Source: an uncultured Chloroflexia bacterium (lineage in GTDB: Bacteria > Chloroflexota > Limnocylindria > Limnocylindrales > CSP1-4). Taken from it: 64,000 nt of DNA. Position 1 is the stretch's first letter; each line of letters opens with the position of its first letter. Under the pieces are notes generated by a model that worked only from the letters and a program-made list of their open reading frames with translations, ran no database searches and was not told the origin of the DNA. Location of the stretch: positions 8,727 through 72,726 of the forward strand of contig CAWIHR010000054.1 of assembly GCA_963835945.1 (NCBI GenBank), in the 5' to 3' direction. Shown one piece after another: positions 61,559 to 64,000 of this stretch. A program made the translations under genes and the position numbers.

Positions 61559-63103
61559 ATGACCGCCTCTCCCGCTGTTATTCGCCTCGCCCGCGAGGAC
61601 AACGTCGGGGTGGCCGCACTGCCGCTTGCGGCCGGGGATCGGATCAGCCTTGGCGACTGCCAGGTCACCGTGCTCGACCCGATCCCGGCGGGGCACAAGG
61701 TCAGCCTGGTTCGGATACCAGTCGGCGCGCCGATCCGTAAGTACGGTGAGCCGATTGGCATCGCGACGCGGGATATTCAGGCGGGGAGCCACGTGCACAG
61801 CCATAACTGCGCCGTCGGCGGGTTCGATCGGACGTATGCCTTTGCGACTGCCGGAGATCCACTACCGAAGACCGCGAACGTGGACGCCGACCAACGCACC
61901 TTCCTCGGCTATCTGCGCGCCGACGGTCGCGTGGGCACGCGCAACTACGTGGCCGTCGTCAGCATGGCCAACTGCTCGGCATCGGTCAGTCGTCTCATTG
62001 CGGATGGGATGACTTCCGACGAGCTCTCCGCATATCCGTCGGTGGACGGCGTGCTCGCCCTGACGCACAAGGGCGGATGCAGCATGCCGACGGACGGGCC
62101 GGAGCACTTGCAGCTCGAGCGCGTCCTGGCGGGGTTCGCACGGCACCCCAACGTGGGCGGCTACCTCGTCGTGGGCCTGGGCTGCGAGGTCGCCCAGGCG
62201 CGTCGATTGATCGAGCGCCAGGAACTGCGGCGCCCCGGCGATGGGGACGGGCCGCCCGTGCTCATCATCCAGGAGGAAGGCGGGGTCCGTCGCACGGTGG
62301 AGGCTGGCCTCGCGGTGCTCCGCGAACTTCTGCCGACCGCGGCCACGGCCCAGCGTGTTGAGGTCCCGGCGTCTCGCCTCGTGCTGGGTCTTCAATGCGG
62401 CGGCTCCGACGGGTACAGTGGCATCACCGCCAACCCGGCGCTCGGGGTCGCCGTCGACCTGCTCGTCGCCCAGGGTGGGACCGCGGTGCTGGGTGAGACG
62501 CCCGAGATCTACGGGGCGGAGCACCTGCTGGCGCGACGGGCGGCGAGCCGCGAGGTTGGCGAGGCGCTGATCGAGCGAATTCGATGGTGGGAGGCGTACG
62601 CCGCGGATCACGGGGCGACCATCGACAACAACCCCACGCCGGGGAACAAGGCAGGCGGCTTGACAACGATCTTCGAGAAATCGCTCGGCGCGGTCGCGAA
62701 GGCGGGATCGACCCGGCTCACCGCCGTGTACCGCTACGCCGAGCAGGTGTCGGGTCGCGGCCTCGTGCTGATGGACACGCCGGGAAACGACCCTGTCTCC
62801 CTTACCGGGATCGTGGCCGGCGGCGCGACGATCTGCGCGTTCACCACGGGCCGCGGCTCCGTCTATGGGTGCAAGCCTGCGCCGTGCATCAAGATCGCCA
62901 CCACGTCGTCGTTGTATCGCCGGATGGAAGAGGACATGGATCTTGATGCCGGCGTCGTCCTCGACGGCACCTCTGTCGAAGAGGTGGGGCGCGCGATCTT
63001 CGACGAGGTGCTCGCGGTTGCGAGCGGCAAGCACACGAAGAGCGAGGCGCAGGGCCTGGGCGACGAGGAGTTCGCGCCCTGGACGCTCGGGCCGATCCTG
63101 TGA
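61559..63103 (+). CDS. UxaA/GarD-family sugar-acid dehydratase with SAF domain
   Basis: GHK, KYGEPIG, GTRNY, QCGGSDG, NPTPGNKAGGL and FTTGRG. Confidence 0.93.
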   Translation: MTASPAVIRLAREDNVGVAALPLAAGDRISLGDCQVTVLDPIPAGHKVSLVRIPVGAPIRKYGEPIGIATRDIQAGSHVHSHNCAVGGFDRTYAFATAGDPLPKTANVDADQRTFLGYLRADGRVGTRNYVAVVSMANCSASVSRLIADGMTSDELSAYPSVDGVLALTHKGGCSMPTDGPEHLQLERVLAGFARHPNVGGYLVVGLGCEVAQARRLIERQELRRPGDGDGPPVLIIQEEGGVRRTVEAGLAVLRELLPTAATAQRVEVPASRLVLGLQCGGSDGYSGITANPALGVAVDLLVAQGGTAVLGETPEIYGAEHLLARRAASREVGEALIERIRWWEAYAADHGATIDNNPTPGNKAGGLTTIFEKSLGAVAKAGSTRLTAVYRYAEQVSGRGLVLMDTPGNDPVSLTGIVAGGATICAFTTGRGSVYGCKPAPCIKIATTSSLYRRMEEDMDLDAGVVLDGTSVEEVGRAIFDEVLAVASGKHTKSEAQGLGDEEFAPWTLGPIL

Positions 63104-63253
63104 TCGTGGCGCGCGGCTCCACCAGGAGGGCGGACCGTCCCAGGGCGGCGCACGTGCCCCGAACGCGAACCCGGTGGACGGTCAAGGCGGCCCATCGAAG
63201 ATAGACCACCGCGACGCGTGGTCGGATCCGCGGTGACAGGGAGTGAGGCGAAG

Positions 63254-64000
63254 ATGACGAACCTGCGAAGCCAGGCGTGGGCGTTCCCGGCGCATGACAT
63301 GGCCCCGCGGACCTTGCTCGGGCCGGGACCCGACATGGTCCACCGCCGCGTGATGGCCGCTATGTCGGCTCCCCTGCTGGGTCATCTCGACCCGGACTTC
63401 CTGGCCCTCATGGAGCGCACGCAACACCTGCTGCGGTACGTGTTTCAGACGGAGAACCGCCTCACGCTGCCCGTGTCGGGCAGCGGCTCGGCGGGCATGG
63501 AGGCCGCCGTCGCCTCGCTCGTCGAGCCCGGAGACCATGTGCTCGTCTGCGTCAACGGCTACTTCGGCGGCCGGATCGCAGAGATGGCGCGGCGCCATGG
63601 TGGCGAGGTCGAGACGATCGAGCGGCCCTGGGGTGAGGTCTTCTCGGCCGACGAAGTCCGGGAGGCCCTGCACCGGCGGCCTGCCCGCGTGGTCGCGATC
63701 GTCCACGCGGAGACCTCGACCGGTGCCCTTCAACCGCTCGAGGACATCGTGCGGGTCGTGCACGAGCACGACGCCCTACTCATCGTCGACGCCGTGACCT
63801 CGTTGGCAGGGGCGCCGCTGCGTGTCGATGAATGGGGGCTCGACGTCGTCTATAGCGGGACACAGAAGTGTCTCGGATGTCCACCCGGCCTGTCACCGCT
63901 GACGGTCGGGCAGCGTGGGGAGGAGAAGATCGCGGCGCGGAGCACCGCCATCGACACCTGGTATCTGGACCTGTCGCTCCTGCAGCGGTACTGGGGTCCC
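63254..64000 (+). CDS. Alanine-glyoxylate/serine-pyruvate aminotransferase (class V), runs off the right edge
   Basis: Manual translation gives LLGPGP, GHLDPDF, HAETSTG, VDAVTS and SGTQKCLGCPPG. Confidence 0.92.
   Translation, partial: MTNLRSQAWAFPAHDMAPRTLLGPGPDMVHRRVMAAMSAPLLGHLDPDFLALMERTQHLLRYVFQTENRLTLPVSGSGSAGMEAAVASLVEPGDHVLVCVNGYFGGRIAEMARRHGGEVETIERPWGEVFSADEVREALHRRPARVVAIVHAETSTGALQPLEDIVRVVHEHDALLIVDAVTSLAGAPLRVDEWGLDVVYSGTQKCLGCPPGLSPLTVGQRGEEKIAARSTAIDTWYLDLSLLQRYWGP

Noticed and set aside
1-64000. CRISPR array, rRNA or complete prophage
   Set aside because: No regularly spaced repeats, rRNA-like sequence or virion structural genes were seen.

Overview
High-GC (visually about 70%) bacterial chromosomal window. 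The gene mix suggests Chloroflexota or another Terrabacteria lineage, but this is inference only. Many otherwise intact genes carry single-base frameshifts, consistent with an error-prone long-read assembly. From left to right: cysE (partial), a 5'-truncated metX joined to a serine-recombinase scrap, DUF72, and a DAHP synthase preceded by a Phe/Tyr leader-peptide attenuator. Next come ACT proteins, dprA, an EEP nuclease, a cold-shock protein, LOG, a NarL regulator, two isochorismatases and several unannotated micro-ORFs. A probable decayed island (about 15-26.3 kb) carries an integrase remnant, att-like arms, a tRNA-Lys 3' fragment and a cell-envelope modification cluster (SGNH lipoprotein, gatD-murT, methyltransferase, AT3-SGNH). 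An orphan terminase module follows, with an IS481-like HTH gene and a ~68-bp direct repeat. Then a molybdate locus, two TetR-efflux modules, a tannase, an IS256 remnant and panE. The window ends in a ~16-kb catabolic cluster: larA, lutABC, two aldA, FIST, FGGY kinase, HOGA/DHDPS-like aldolase, 2-hydroxyacid dehydrogenase, UxaA-family dehydratase and an aminotransferase. All calls come from motif recognition by eye; no searches were run.
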